From a virus (lineage: Duplodnaviria; Caudoviricetes): 64,000 bases of DNA. The DNA is taken from IMG/VR virus record IMGVR_UViG_3300021400_000095. One strand, given 5' to 3'. The position numbers were made by a program, and so were the translations under genes. Of this stretch, positions 8,884-19,202 are shown piece after piece. Positions within the stretch are counted from its first letter, which is position 1. Each line of letters begins with the position of its first letter. The notes below the pieces were generated by a model. It had not been told where the DNA came from. It saw only the letters and a program-made list of their open reading frames with translations, and did not search any database.

Positions 8884-11566
8884 ATCTTGGGTCTAACATT
8901 TTTGGCTGTTTATCAACCATTATTTTTTTAACCCTAACCTTATTTTCTTCTTTCTTTGTTTCAAATGTTTTTTCAGCCTTTGTTGGTTCTTCTTTGACCT
9001 TGTTCTTATTTAGTAATTCTAATGCCTTTATCTTTGCTTTATTTTGATTTTCAACCAAAATATTCAATGTTGTATTAACAGGTGCTTGTATTGTTTCACC
9101 TGAAACATCAATGTCATTATAAACATCTTCATTCCCATTATATACATAGTTGAAATCAGTATCAATTTCATAATAACTGTTTGTAACCTTTTTTATTACA
9201 GCTTCTTCCTTCTTTTTTAATTTCATTGTTACTTTATTAACAAAATTAAGGTTTTCTTTTCTTATCTTTGACCTGAAATTTGTTTCCTTTGCAACAGTTA
9301 AATTAGTGTCATGAATTCTTCTCCTAAATAATACTTTGTCTATTTTAATATGTTTAAAGAATTTTTTAGCCCTTACTTCAAAATCAGTATCAGCTGAACA
9401 TGACCAAGGTCTATAACCACCAAGATAATCAAACACATCATGTTTAACATACATTTGTCCACCTGCAATTTGTGTTGATGTACTTCTTCCAAAATTTTTC
9501 ATTTTGAAATTAACAAATTCAGCATCACCTTTTTTCTTCATAATGGTTTCAACCATTTCAGTTAACATAACATCATCAGCATCAAATCTAATTAAACCAT
9601 CATATTTTGCAAGTGACATTATTGTATTGGTTGTAATATATGTTCCCTTGTTTTCTGTCATCATAAAAACCCTTAGGTTTCTATATTTGTTCATTATTGT
9701 TTTTACATATTCAAGTGTTTCCTCACAACCATCAATTCCAAGTAGAACTTCCCAATTGTCATGTGTATTAAACCATGTTTGTGCCTCAACAGAATCAAGA
9801 CATTCTTTAATGAATTTTTTTGCTTTATATGCTGTTATACAAATGGAAACACCACTTTCATAAACATTATCCATTTTAATTTTGTTTGTCTTTACTATTT
9901 TATTGTTTTTAACCCTATCCAAAAATTCTTTATTTGTTATTTCAATTGGACAAGCATCAACCAAAGCATTTAAATCAACCATTGTTCCTGCCTTATATTC
10001 TTGCAAATATTTCATTGCTTTTTCAATGGTGAAAAACTTATCCATTCTTACAGCATTCTTTCTATCCAAACCTATTGATTGGAAAAAATCATGGAATTTT
10101 ATATCAAATATGCTTTTTAATGTAATATCAACCCATAAATTTGGCACACCATATGCTTCTGCCATAATAATTCCATGCAATGATTCAGATATAATATAAT
10201 CACAAGAAAGTATTTCATCAATTACTTGTAACCAATTATTATATCCTGACATCTTTATTACATGAACACCCTTTTTCTGAGAAAAACTTTTTACAATAGA
10301 ACTATTAAGTGATGACCAATGTGGAATTAGCCCAATCTTATATTTCTTTTCAACAATTGGATAGTAATAATATGGTAATAATAAACTTGGGTCACCATAT
10401 ATCTCAGGACATTCAACACCCTTCTTTAATAAAAACTCCCTTGTTAATGGACCTCTTACTGCACATACTTTCTTTGGTGATTCATCCCATTTGGTATTTG
10501 GTATCTGTATTCCAGCACCCCAAACAATACTGTTACTGTCTATAAAATTACTGGTTAAAATTGACCCTATAAATGTATAATTCTCCCTGCCAGTTTCTTG
10601 ATAATCCACTAACTTCTTATCAAATAACTTTTGTAAGAAATAAAAATTAATATCATCCCCCCAATTATTATTAATCAACTTACCATTATTGTCTCTCTGT
10701 GTCCATGTATTAATTTTTATTAAATTTTCATTACAATCAATTTTTAATCTTTTTGCAAAATCAACCTTTTCTTTTGTCTTTTTGTTATACATAAAAAAAT
10801 AATCAAGGTCAAGCCTATCTTTCCCACCATTCATGTACTTTGTTGGCCATAACCTCACCATCTTCTTGGTAACATATTCTTCTATTGTCTTAAATCTATA
10901 GTGATTCAACCAAGCACCCTTCCAAACAGGAATGTCACCTAATTTAATTGCAATCCTACATTTTTCACCAACAGCATTGACAGTTGGTACATTTAAAAAA
11001 CAATGTGGACTTGTAACCTTAAAATCCTTGATGTTTGTTCTGATTATTGATTTTGCTTGTGTGTTTGATATTATTGCATGTTGAACAGGTATCTTATTTT
11101 CAAGACAAAATTTCTTATCAAAAACTTCAGTGAACCTCTTTATTGAATAATTGTTGTTTTTTACAGTTAATAAATTATTATCTGTAAATTGCTTCCAACC
11201 AATCCTGATACACTTTGCTTTGTCAAATTTCTTTTGACTGACAAACTCTTGAATTGTTTCTGATTTGTCAAATTCTATAAATTCATCAATATCCCAAAAA
11301 CAAATCCAATCATATTTATCTTTATATTCATGATAACAAGAATTATAAGAAGGAATTTGTGCTAATTCCTTCCCTCTCCAATTTTTTAATATTACATAAC
11401 CTGATTCAATATAATCCCCAATAACATCTTCAAAATGTTCACCATCAATGTCATTGTTGTCATATAAAACAATATTATTGAAACCAAGATTCTTGTGGTA
11501 TTCTACCCATTCTCTAATGTAATTGTTCTCTAATTTCCCAATACCACATAATAAAACCCTGCACAT
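8867..11566 (-). CDS. Multidomain glycan enzyme: GT2/GT92-like + polysaccharide pyruvyltransferase-like + GT2
   Basis: CFWDIDEF; NWGDD...AVRGPLT...GDPSLL...SESLHG; C-terminal ITAYKA...RFDADD; likely start ATG 11566. Confidence 0.8.
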   Translation of the reverse strand: MCRVLLCGIGKLENNYIREWVEYHKNLGFNNIVLYDNNDIDGEHFEDVIGDYIESGYVILKNWRGKELAQIPSYNSCYHEYKDKYDWICFWDIDEFIEFDKSETIQEFVSQKKFDKAKCIRIGWKQFTDNNLLTVKNNNYSIKRFTEVFDKKFCLENKIPVQHAIISNTQAKSIIRTNIKDFKVTSPHCFLNVPTVNAVGEKCRIAIKLGDIPVWKGAWLNHYRFKTIEEYVTKKMVRLWPTKYMNGGKDRLDLDYFFMYNKKTKEKVDFAKRLKIDCNENLIKINTWTQRDNNGKLINNNWGDDINFYFLQKLFDKKLVDYQETGRENYTFIGSILTSNFIDSNSIVWGAGIQIPNTKWDESPKKVCAVRGPLTREFLLKKGVECPEIYGDPSLLLPYYYYPIVEKKYKIGLIPHWSSLNSSIVKSFSQKKGVHVIKMSGYNNWLQVIDEILSCDYIISESLHGIIMAEAYGVPNLWVDITLKSIFDIKFHDFFQSIGLDRKNAVRMDKFFTIEKAMKYLQEYKAGTMVDLNALVDACPIEITNKEFLDRVKNNKIVKTNKIKMDNVYESGVSICITAYKAKKFIKECLDSVEAQTWFNTHDNWEVLLGIDGCEETLEYVKTIMNKYRNLRVFMMTENKGTYITTNTIMSLAKYDGLIRFDADDVMLTEMVETIMKKKGDAEFVNFKMKNFGRSTSTQIAGGQMYVKHDVFDYLGGYRPWSCSADTDFEVRAKKFFKHIKIDKVLFRRRIHDTNLTVAKETNFRSKIRKENLNFVNKVTMKLKKKEEAVIKKVTNSYYEIDTDFNYVYNGNEDVYNDIDVSGETIQAPVNTTLNILVENQNKAKIKALELLNKNKVKEEPTKAEKTFETKKEENKVRVKKIMVDKQPKMLDPRFDSNW

Positions 11567-11605
11567 GCAAATATATTTTATTATAAATATATTTAAAATA
11601 TAACA

Positions 11606-11631
11606 AAAAACAAGCATAACTGCTTGTTTTT
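11606..11631 (-). terminator. Intrinsic terminator after nrdG
   Basis: AAAAACAAGCA-TAAC-TGCTTGTTTTT. Confidence 0.65.
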
Positions 11632-11639
11632 CTTGTTTT

Positions 11640-12152
11640 TTAAGTGTTTTTTTTCCAAAACTTACTTGTTATGTCTTTCCACCCTTTCCTCACAACACCA
11701 TCAACTATGCAATACCATGAAAAATATTGTCCACCATAATACATTCTTTGATTTGTTGTTTCTTTATTAAGTGGTCCTGATGATTCAACATATGGCCCAA
11801 TTTTAAGATAATTCAAATTATCCCAATAAAAATCATCATCAATCTTTTCAGAACCAGAATAAAGCCCTATCTTTAAATTAGGATGTTTTTCTTTTATATA
11901 TAAAATTGCTTCTTTTAATGATTTTGGGTCATTTCCTTCACCCATAAAACAAAAACATGTAATTCCATCATTTTTTTCTATAAGGCTGTCTATGGCCTTA
12001 AAATTAAGTTCCTCACCAATATCTTTTCTTAAATATGGACTATGACAACCTTTACAATGATGTGGACAATTACTGATATTTACAGCCAATGTAATCTCAT
12101 CAGGAATCTCTGAAAAAACTACTGTTGTTTCTTCTTTAATATACTTAACCAT
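11640..12152 (-). CDS. nrdG: Anaerobic ribonucleotide reductase activase (radical SAM)
   Basis: CPHHCKGCHS CxxxCxxC; EIPDEITLA; near nrdD. Confidence 0.9.
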   Translation of the reverse strand: MVKYIKEETTVVFSEIPDEITLAVNISNCPHHCKGCHSPYLRKDIGEELNFKAIDSLIEKNDGITCFCFMGEGNDPKSLKEAILYIKEKHPNLKIGLYSGSEKIDDDFYWDNLNYLKIGPYVESSGPLNKETTNQRMYYGGQYFSWYCIVDGVVRKGWKDITSKFWKKNT

Positions 12153-13098
12153 TATTAATATTGTTTAGCAAAAACTCATGAAAAAATAAAGAACCATTCC
12201 TTGAAATATCCTTTAGAGATTCATTTGATATTGTCTTCATCTTAATCATTTCCTTATTAATATTAACTTTTAATCCATATCCAACAAATGCTTTATTAAT
12301 AAAATCAATGTCCTTGTTAGACAAATTATTGCACATATTATTAATTATTAAAAATGTCTGATATGATTCAGTTTTAATTAAACTTTCTTTATATAACTTT
12401 AACAAATAATCATATTTTGCTTCATTGGAAAACCTTTTTATTTTGTTCTTAATAATTTCTAATCTACTTTCAGGAAAAAGTTCCAACAATTGAGTATATG
12501 TGGATGACACTATTGATTGCCTTTCATGATAATAGCAAGCATACATTGCATATGCAAAATTCCTTATCAATTCATTTCTTTCATTCTCAATAATTGTTTT
12601 TATCCCACCATACCAAGATACAATATCAATATTTTTATCATTTGAAATCCTTTTGTTAAAAATGTTTCCATGCATTAATTCATGATTTACAATAGAAACA
12701 ATTTTATTAAAGATTTGTTTACTATCAAATGATAACCTATCAAACTGACTTAAATAAAGTGTGAACTCCAAATCTGTCAATATAATATCATCACCAATAA
12801 TATTACCTCTTGGCATTGTACTGGCATAGGTTTTCCCAACCAAATCTTTAGTTATCACTAAAACCAAATGTACAGGTATTTTTTCACCATCAATCTCAAT
12901 TTCAAAATCTCTTTTATGTTCATTGTTGTTTACCATATCAACAAATTCTTTAGTAATAGACTTTGCAACTTCTGGCTGTTTATTAAATGAACCAAGAGCC
13001 TCATTAACAAAAGAAATCTCCTTTTCAAAAACTTCCTTTATTAATATGTTTTTTATTTTGTTTTCATTAAAAAATGGTGGTACAATATAACTATTCAT
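12145..13098 (-). CDS. Zincin-like (HExxH) protein, paralog family member 1, inserted between nrdD and nrdG
   Basis: IVNHELMH plus downstream MY....HE motif shared with genes at 44241, 45080, 58876. Confidence 0.6.
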   Translation of the reverse strand: MNSYIVPPFFNENKIKNILIKEVFEKEISFVNEALGSFNKQPEVAKSITKEFVDMVNNNEHKRDFEIEIDGEKIPVHLVLVITKDLVGKTYASTMPRGNIIGDDIILTDLEFTLYLSQFDRLSFDSKQIFNKIVSIVNHELMHGNIFNKRISNDKNIDIVSWYGGIKTIIENERNELIRNFAYAMYACYYHERQSIVSSTYTQLLELFPESRLEIIKNKIKRFSNEAKYDYLLKLYKESLIKTESYQTFLIINNMCNNLSNKDIDFINKAFVGYGLKVNINKEMIKMKTISNESLKDISRNGSLFFHEFLLNNINNG

Positions 13099-15463
13099 TG
13101 TCAATATTGGTTATATCTGTGTATACTCTTGTCTTTTGCTCAATCTGTCTTCCATCTGACCAATTCTTAACCTTTGTTAAATAACCTATAATTCTATCCC
13201 AAAGGCTGACATTAGTACTTCCACAATGAGGGCATTTTTCAAATGGTTGTTTTGCAATAAAACCACAATTTTCACATTGGCAATTTGGAATGTTAAATGT
13301 TAGATATGAACATCCATTTTCAGCAGCATATTTTAGTATTTTCTCATATTGTGCTTTTGATAAGTGTGCATCAAGATTTAAATGTGCTGCACTACCACCA
13401 TCCAAATAATCACCAATATAGTTTTTGCCCATTAATCTAATCTTTTCAAAAACACTGAGATTTTCATTTGGTTTATAAACATAACTTGCATACAAATTAG
13501 TATCATTTGGAACCCAGTAACCATCTTCTTTATCCCAATTATAATTCTTTACTGCAAGTGATTCAGCAGGAACTTGTTCAGTATTAAAAGTAATTTTGTG
13601 CTTTTCATCTGTAACTTTATGTAAAGTATTTTGTTCCTTAATGTTACCAAAAATGTTTTGGCAGAATTTTGCATAAGCATCATTATCTGTACACTTTAAA
13701 CCAAGGAATTCTGCTGCTTGATTCAAACCATTTAAACCAATTGTTAAATACTGTTTGTTAAGGTCAATAAAACCAGCTTTATAAACAGGCAATAGGTTGG
13801 AATCATACATGTCCCATAATAGTTCATTATATGCAGTATGATATTTATAAACTCTTTCAAGAATTTTGTTTAAATATGATTTCAAACTACTATAATCTGA
13901 ATCAGAACCACTAAAAACAAAATCATTGTTCTTTTCCTTCCTTGAATTGAACCAATCCTGAGTAATTCTATTAAGATTTAATGTTATAACAGACTTAGAA
14001 CCTGTCTGTACACCAATATTACCATTAGTAAAGTTAAATTCTTTGGTTTGTATCTTGTTTTTTAATCTGCAACATGAACTGAGGCTGTCAACAGAATCAC
14101 TTATATAAGTAAAGAAACTATGACCTCTTGCATATTCCTCACAGACAAAATTAAACATTTCCTCATCTTCAAATTTTCCATCTTTATAAAGAAGTGTAAA
14201 AGATTCAACAGGGAATGTTAACAAACACTTAAGTCTTTCATTGTTAAACCACATCATGAACTCTTTTTCAACCCACTTAAGGCTTTCCCAATCAGGTTGT
14301 GTTCCATCAGGAAAATAGAAATTACCAAACATACCATCAAAGAATGGCTTATCAAAATAAGAAAAATTCACGAAGGCGGATTGATAACCCCTTGCTGCTG
14401 CTGGTTGAGAAATGGTATAAACAATTTGCTGCCAATATTGATGTATTTGTCCCTTTATTGTTCTTGTCCCATCACCAAATTTAAGTATATAGTTAGGGTC
14501 TTCTTTAATGTGTTCACAATAATCCTTTAATTCATCTTCAGTCAATGGTCTTTCACTTTCATAAACAAGTTCATCTCTTAATTTATTTAACTCATCACTA
14601 CCAAAATCATGTTCTGCAAGTTCTTTTACATTATTAGTCCAATAGTGTGATTCATTAAGTAACTTTCTTAGTTTATAACCAATTTTATAAAATGAATTTG
14701 ATTCTTTATAAAAATCATCACCCCATTCTTTCTTACAGAAATAGGTAAAATATAATAGAGATTCAGAAGTAGCAACAGCACCTGCAAATTGTGAAGAAAT
14801 TGCAAAAATAAGATTGCAATACATTCCACAATATGAATCAATATTCTTTGGTTCAGCAGAAAGACCACCAATGTTCTTAAGACCATTTGTTAAAAATGGA
14901 TACATTGTTAAAGAAACACAATATGGTGCAATTGCTCCAGCAAAAGAAGATTCATCATGTTTGTATATAATATGATTTTCCAAATCTTTTACATAATTCT
15001 TAGCATTAAAAGTAGGGTACAAATCTTTCAATTTACCCATTATCATTTTTCTGCTAATTTGAAGATTCTCTTCTTTGTGTATTTCAGCATTTAATACACC
15101 AATATTTTTGTTTGCAACATTTGAATTATCATCAATAGTTGCATTTGCTGTATTGGTTGCTTTCTTGTAATTATTAATAAAATTAATTTTTCTTTCTACA
15201 AAATTTTCAATCTCTTCTTTCTTGTTTTTTACTGACCTATATGCATTTAAAAGTCTATCATCTCTTTCACTAAACCTCTCTTCTAATTGCTTTCTAATTG
15301 AGGAACATAAAATGCCATCATATATATACAAACTATCAACAATTTCCTTTGCACATTCTGCATTACATTCAACACCAGCAGTATTAAAAACCTTTTTAAT
15401 AATATTTATCAACTTCCTTCTACTAAATTCCTCATAGGAGCCATCACTTTTTCTAACATCCAT
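13091..15463 (-). CDS. nrdD: Class III anaerobic ribonucleoside-triphosphate reductase with ATP cone
   Basis: N-terminal ATP cone VRKSDG; SSCCRL; CxxC..CxxC; RIIGYL glycyl-radical motif. Confidence 0.95.
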   Translation of the reverse strand: MDVRKSDGSYEEFSRRKLINIIKKVFNTAGVECNAECAKEIVDSLYIYDGILCSSIRKQLEERFSERDDRLLNAYRSVKNKKEEIENFVERKINFINNYKKATNTANATIDDNSNVANKNIGVLNAEIHKEENLQISRKMIMGKLKDLYPTFNAKNYVKDLENHIIYKHDESSFAGAIAPYCVSLTMYPFLTNGLKNIGGLSAEPKNIDSYCGMYCNLIFAISSQFAGAVATSESLLYFTYFCKKEWGDDFYKESNSFYKIGYKLRKLLNESHYWTNNVKELAEHDFGSDELNKLRDELVYESERPLTEDELKDYCEHIKEDPNYILKFGDGTRTIKGQIHQYWQQIVYTISQPAAARGYQSAFVNFSYFDKPFFDGMFGNFYFPDGTQPDWESLKWVEKEFMMWFNNERLKCLLTFPVESFTLLYKDGKFEDEEMFNFVCEEYARGHSFFTYISDSVDSLSSCCRLKNKIQTKEFNFTNGNIGVQTGSKSVITLNLNRITQDWFNSRKEKNNDFVFSGSDSDYSSLKSYLNKILERVYKYHTAYNELLWDMYDSNLLPVYKAGFIDLNKQYLTIGLNGLNQAAEFLGLKCTDNDAYAKFCQNIFGNIKEQNTLHKVTDEKHKITFNTEQVPAESLAVKNYNWDKEDGYWVPNDTNLYASYVYKPNENLSVFEKIRLMGKNYIGDYLDGGSAAHLNLDAHLSKAQYEKILKYAAENGCSYLTFNIPNCQCENCGFIAKQPFEKCPHCGSTNVSLWDRIIGYLTKVKNWSDGRQIEQKTRVYTDITNIDNE

Positions 15464-15630
15464 ATATTATATAATTTAAAAATTTATTTTAAAAAAATTT
15501 ACCTTTCAAGAAAGAAAGGTAGATAAAATAAATAGGGGAAAATTTATAATAATTCTAAGAAAATCCAGGTAATTTTCCCCTATTTTTTCTAACAATTTAT
15601 GGGTCAAGACTTTTTATTTGAAAAAAAAAA

Positions 15631-17067
15631 TTACTTTTTTGATTTATCTTTTTTCACTTCACCTTGGAGGAATTGAATGGTTTCAATAGTATTTCTATTA
15701 TTGATTTCTTCCTGTTCATCTTCCCATTGTTTAAAGGAATCAAGTTCTTCAACATCATCACATCTAATAATACTTTTTCCATTATCAAAGTAGATGTTTT
15801 TGAACAATTTAGCACCTTTACCTGACCTATTTTTAAGTAATGCAAGTGTTGCTCTATTTTGTTCTCTATCTTCAAGTGTTCTTGCAATTGAAATAATAAC
15901 TTGTGCAACCTGTCCCTTTTTAATTGACCCACCAGCCTTATCAACAGTAACAATATCTGATACAATACTATCTTTATTACCTTGTGTTGGAATCCATATT
16001 GCAATATCAAGTTCCTTTGCAATAGTTTCAAGTTTTCTCATTGTAATTCCTTCTCTTGTCCACTCAGTATCAGTTGCAAAGCCACCTTTTTCATGAGCAA
16101 GACATTCAAAATAATCAATTGTTACCAAGTCAGGTTTAAAACCTCTATTTGTTAATTTAACAATGAAGTTTTTAATGTCAGTTGCTGACATTTCACCTGT
16201 CTTAAATGATTTAAGCCTAAGGTTTTTATTAATTTCATCAATATCTGGATGGTGTGAAAGAATTTCAAGGACATTTTCTTTATCTTCATCACTAAGTCTC
16301 TTGAATTCCATTGCTTCCTTATCAGCAAGTCTTGAAAAATGTTTTCTTGTTATATCAACATCATCATCCTCAAAATAAATTTGCAATGTCTTCCACCCAT
16401 GAGCAGCAGCAGATGATGCAAATGCTGTAGTAAGTGTTGTCTTGCCAGTCCCTAATGGTGCTATAATAAGACCAATTTTACCCTTATCAAGACCACCACC
16501 AAGTACATCATCAAGTTTATCAATACCTGTTGGAATTGACACAGTATAGTCAGCAGAAAGGGCTTTTTCTTTCAAATCAAGGATTGAATAACCATAGTCA
16601 TCAATTGCACTTGGAGCAATTGCTTCTTCAATCATTTTTTGACATTCATCAAACTGTTCAATATCACCACTCCCTACTTTTTCAAGCATTTTATTTGCTG
16701 CCTTAATTAGTTTTTGTTGCTTGAAAAATTTGAGGGCATTCTCCTTTACAGTAGAACAACCCTCAGTGTCCATTTTTTTAAATTTATCAATCAGTTCTTC
16801 ATATTCTCTAATTTGTATTTCATCAGATGCTTTTGACCTAAGGATAATATCAATTGTTTCATAAGATGGAACAACATTTTCTTTATTATAATAATCTTTA
16901 ATTGTTCCAACAAATGTTTTTAGTAGGATATCAGTGAAACAATTTTGGTCAACAATATTAGAGATTTCATTAAAAAAATGATGGTCTTCAATCAAGTATT
17001 TTACAAGTTTATATTGGAAATCAATACCAAGATAGCCCAATGTACTTTTATCAATACTTTTTCCCAT
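15631..17067 (-). CDS. Replicative DnaB/gp41-like helicase
   Basis: IPTGIDKLDDVLGGGL, APLGTGKTT Walker A, IDYFE Walker B, KNR. Confidence 0.9.
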   Translation of the reverse strand: MGKSIDKSTLGYLGIDFQYKLVKYLIEDHHFFNEISNIVDQNCFTDILLKTFVGTIKDYYNKENVVPSYETIDIILRSKASDEIQIREYEELIDKFKKMDTEGCSTVKENALKFFKQQKLIKAANKMLEKVGSGDIEQFDECQKMIEEAIAPSAIDDYGYSILDLKEKALSADYTVSIPTGIDKLDDVLGGGLDKGKIGLIIAPLGTGKTTLTTAFASSAAAHGWKTLQIYFEDDDVDITRKHFSRLADKEAMEFKRLSDEDKENVLEILSHHPDIDEINKNLRLKSFKTGEMSATDIKNFIVKLTNRGFKPDLVTIDYFECLAHEKGGFATDTEWTREGITMRKLETIAKELDIAIWIPTQGNKDSIVSDIVTVDKAGGSIKKGQVAQVIISIARTLEDREQNRATLALLKNRSGKGAKLFKNIYFDNGKSIIRCDDVEELDSFKQWEDEQEEINNRNTIETIQFLQGEVKKDKSKK

Positions 17068-17069
17068 AA

Positions 17070-17876
17070 TTACCTCTTACTTTTCTTAGATAACTTTGTC
17101 ATCCCATCATAAGAAAGGCCATAAAGTTTGCAAAGTTCACTAAAACTCTGTTTGTTACTATAAACTTTATCTCCATAAACTTCCTTCAAGGTATAATCAT
17201 TTGAATCCTTATAGGAACAGACAGTACAAATATCTCTGATAAGTCCCCAAACAAGGTCATTTCTACCTTTTACAATACAATAGTCAAGATATTGTTCAAA
17301 ATTAAGTCTTGAAATGTCTTCAATATCCTGTCTACCCTTCTTATTAGAAAGGTCTATAGAATTCCTAATATATCTTGGATAAACACCTTCCCAAATTCTA
17401 GTACAAACTTCTCTACCATCAACAAGGAATGCAAACTTATAAGTTACCCTGTCATCATCAGTCAATTCAGAATTAAGTTCACCATCATCAAATTTGAATG
17501 ACAGCATGTGTGGCATTCCATCCTTTCCCCAAGCATAATCAAACTGTGAACCCTTAACAACAATTCCATGTCCAATATGCATTCTTTCACAATTCCTTTT
17601 ATTTTCAAAATAGGAATTCATTTCATCAACACTATTGAAATACATTGGAGCAAAGATTTCCAAATAATCAATAGTCTTAGACTTAAGTTCATTATCAATA
17701 ATATTAACACAATTGTTAATAGTATCAGTTAATTCACTAGAATAGAGTGAATCCCAATTGAAGTTGTTAATTTTAAAGTACCTTTGACAAATAATATTGT
17801 CACCAACAGTCAATTTAAATTCAAACCTTTCTTTGTAGTCCTTTGCCTGAATAGGCTGTTTTCTTAAATCAATCAT
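17070..17876 (-). CDS. Hypothetical phage protein in replication module
   Basis: Intact ORF with its own TAnnTTTG promoter. Confidence 0.7.
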   Translation of the reverse strand: MIDLRKQPIQAKDYKERFEFKLTVGDNIICQRYFKINNFNWDSLYSSELTDTINNCVNIIDNELKSKTIDYLEIFAPMYFNSVDEMNSYFENKRNCERMHIGHGIVVKGSQFDYAWGKDGMPHMLSFKFDDGELNSELTDDDRVTYKFAFLVDGREVCTRIWEGVYPRYIRNSIDLSNKKGRQDIEDISRLNFEQYLDYCIVKGRNDLVWGLIRDICTVCSYKDSNDYTLKEVYGDKVYSNKQSFSELCKLYGLSYDGMTKLSKKSKR

Positions 17877-17920
17877 TTTTATATATATTAAAAATTAAAC
17901 ATAGTTTCTTATTTTCAAAG

Positions 17921-17928
17921 CAAATATA
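17921..17928 (-). promoter_or_regulatory. Bacteroidota-type -7 promoter element TATATTTG
   Basis: Matches TAnnTTTG upstream of the 17876/helicase unit. Confidence 0.6.
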
Positions 17929-17954
17929 TAAAATTATATTTTAAAAACAAAATC

Positions 17955-19148
17955 TTATTTTTTTATTTCTTTTTTATATCTTGCTATCTCTTTATTAGTA
18001 AGAGATTTAAATGGCTCAAAAAATCCTGAAAATTTATTTTCATCCAATAATTCTGTTAAATCATCTTCAACAATATATTGATATATGTTATTAAATGACC
18101 TTCCTTCAGGGTCTTGTACATTATACATGGTTGATTCTAGTTCTGCTTTTGCATAGTCACTGATGAGTGGATTTGATAAATCTATGATTTTTCTATTGAT
18201 TTCATAGAAATCACCATCATAATTCCCTTTTGTTACACCATTTACAATGTTTTCATGCCATTTTAATGGCTTTTTCTTTTGTGAAAGTCTTTCATCAACC
18301 TTTTCCTTAGCCCTTTGTCTAATTTCATTAATAGTAACAGGTCTTTTTTCAATTTCAGGTATTAGTTCATGTAATCTGTTCTGGCTGACACCTTCAATGT
18401 TCTTTATATTATCACTTGTATCACCACAAATAATTTTCTCAATCACAACATTTTCAACTGGAACACCTCTAATTTCTTGAATGTTATCCTTTGTTATAAA
18501 TTTCTTTATCATATGGTCATAAACACAAACAGTATCAGAAATTAATTGTGTAAGGTCATGGTCTGTTGACATTATGACAATTTTTTCTTCAGGTTTTTTA
18601 TTCTTTACATAATATGCAATATAGTCATCACCTTCAGTTGATTCCTCATCATCAAAAAACCATCTTATATATAATTCATTAAAATACTTTAAAAGCAAAT
18701 CCCTTTCCCTTGAAAAGTTTTCATCAATGAATTTTTGCAAATCTGATTTTTCCTTCTTTTTATTTTTTCCAAATAGATAATTTTGCATTGATTTTAACTT
18801 CTCTTCATATGCTTTCCCATATTCTGACAAATTTTCAAAATTCTCTATGAGTGAATAATTCTTATCCTCTCTATTTGCTTTATATCCATTATAAATCTTA
18901 TATCTTTTCAATCCAGAACAATGCCCATCAAAAAAAACATACACATAATCAAAACTTTTCTTCTGTAACATCATTCTAAGTTGCAAAAGAAATTGAAAAA
19001 CACCACCATAATGTTCACCTTTTGTATTAACTTTATCATCTTTCATTGAAAGTCTTAATAAATTATTGCCATCAACTAATAAAGTATAAATCTTGGTTTC
19101 TGTGATGTTATGTGCTTCCTTAACTATTTTCTTAATTGGTTGTGCCAT
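17955..19148 (-). CDS. 5'-3' exonuclease / T4 RNase H-like (FEN family)
   Basis: LLVDGNNL, YKANR, EGDD, STDHDL, GDTSDNI; starts MAQPI. Confidence 0.9.
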   Translation of the reverse strand: MAQPIKKIVKEAHNITETKIYTLLVDGNNLLRLSMKDDKVNTKGEHYGGVFQFLLQLRMMLQKKSFDYVYVFFDGHCSGLKRYKIYNGYKANREDKNYSLIENFENLSEYGKAYEEKLKSMQNYLFGKNKKKEKSDLQKFIDENFSRERDLLLKYFNELYIRWFFDDEESTEGDDYIAYYVKNKKPEEKIVIMSTDHDLTQLISDTVCVYDHMIKKFITKDNIQEIRGVPVENVVIEKIICGDTSDNIKNIEGVSQNRLHELIPEIEKRPVTINEIRQRAKEKVDERLSQKKKPLKWHENIVNGVTKGNYDGDFYEINRKIIDLSNPLISDYAKAELESTMYNVQDPEGRSFNNIYQYIVEDDLTELLDENKFSGFFEPFKSLTNKEIARYKKEIKK

Positions 19149-19163
19149 ATTCAATTATTTTTA

Positions 19164-19202
19164 CAAATATACAAAAATAATGGCTTTTTACCAACTATTT
19201 AT
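19164..19202. promoter_or_regulatory. Divergent promoter pair: TATATTTG (- strand) and ACTATTTAT (+ strand)
   Basis: Both motifs seen directly; a similar cassette is at 62378-62417. Confidence 0.6.

Noticed and set aside
1719-11566. Bacterial capsule or O-antigen locus, i.e. host chromosome or chimeric contig
   Set aside because: Flanked by phage baseplate and nrd genes, shows the same CG depletion, and lacks export or polymerase membrane genes
14470-14700. Intein or intron in nrdD (apparent extra segment)
   Set aside because: Short, frame is continuous, and there are no intein terminal or endonuclease motifs
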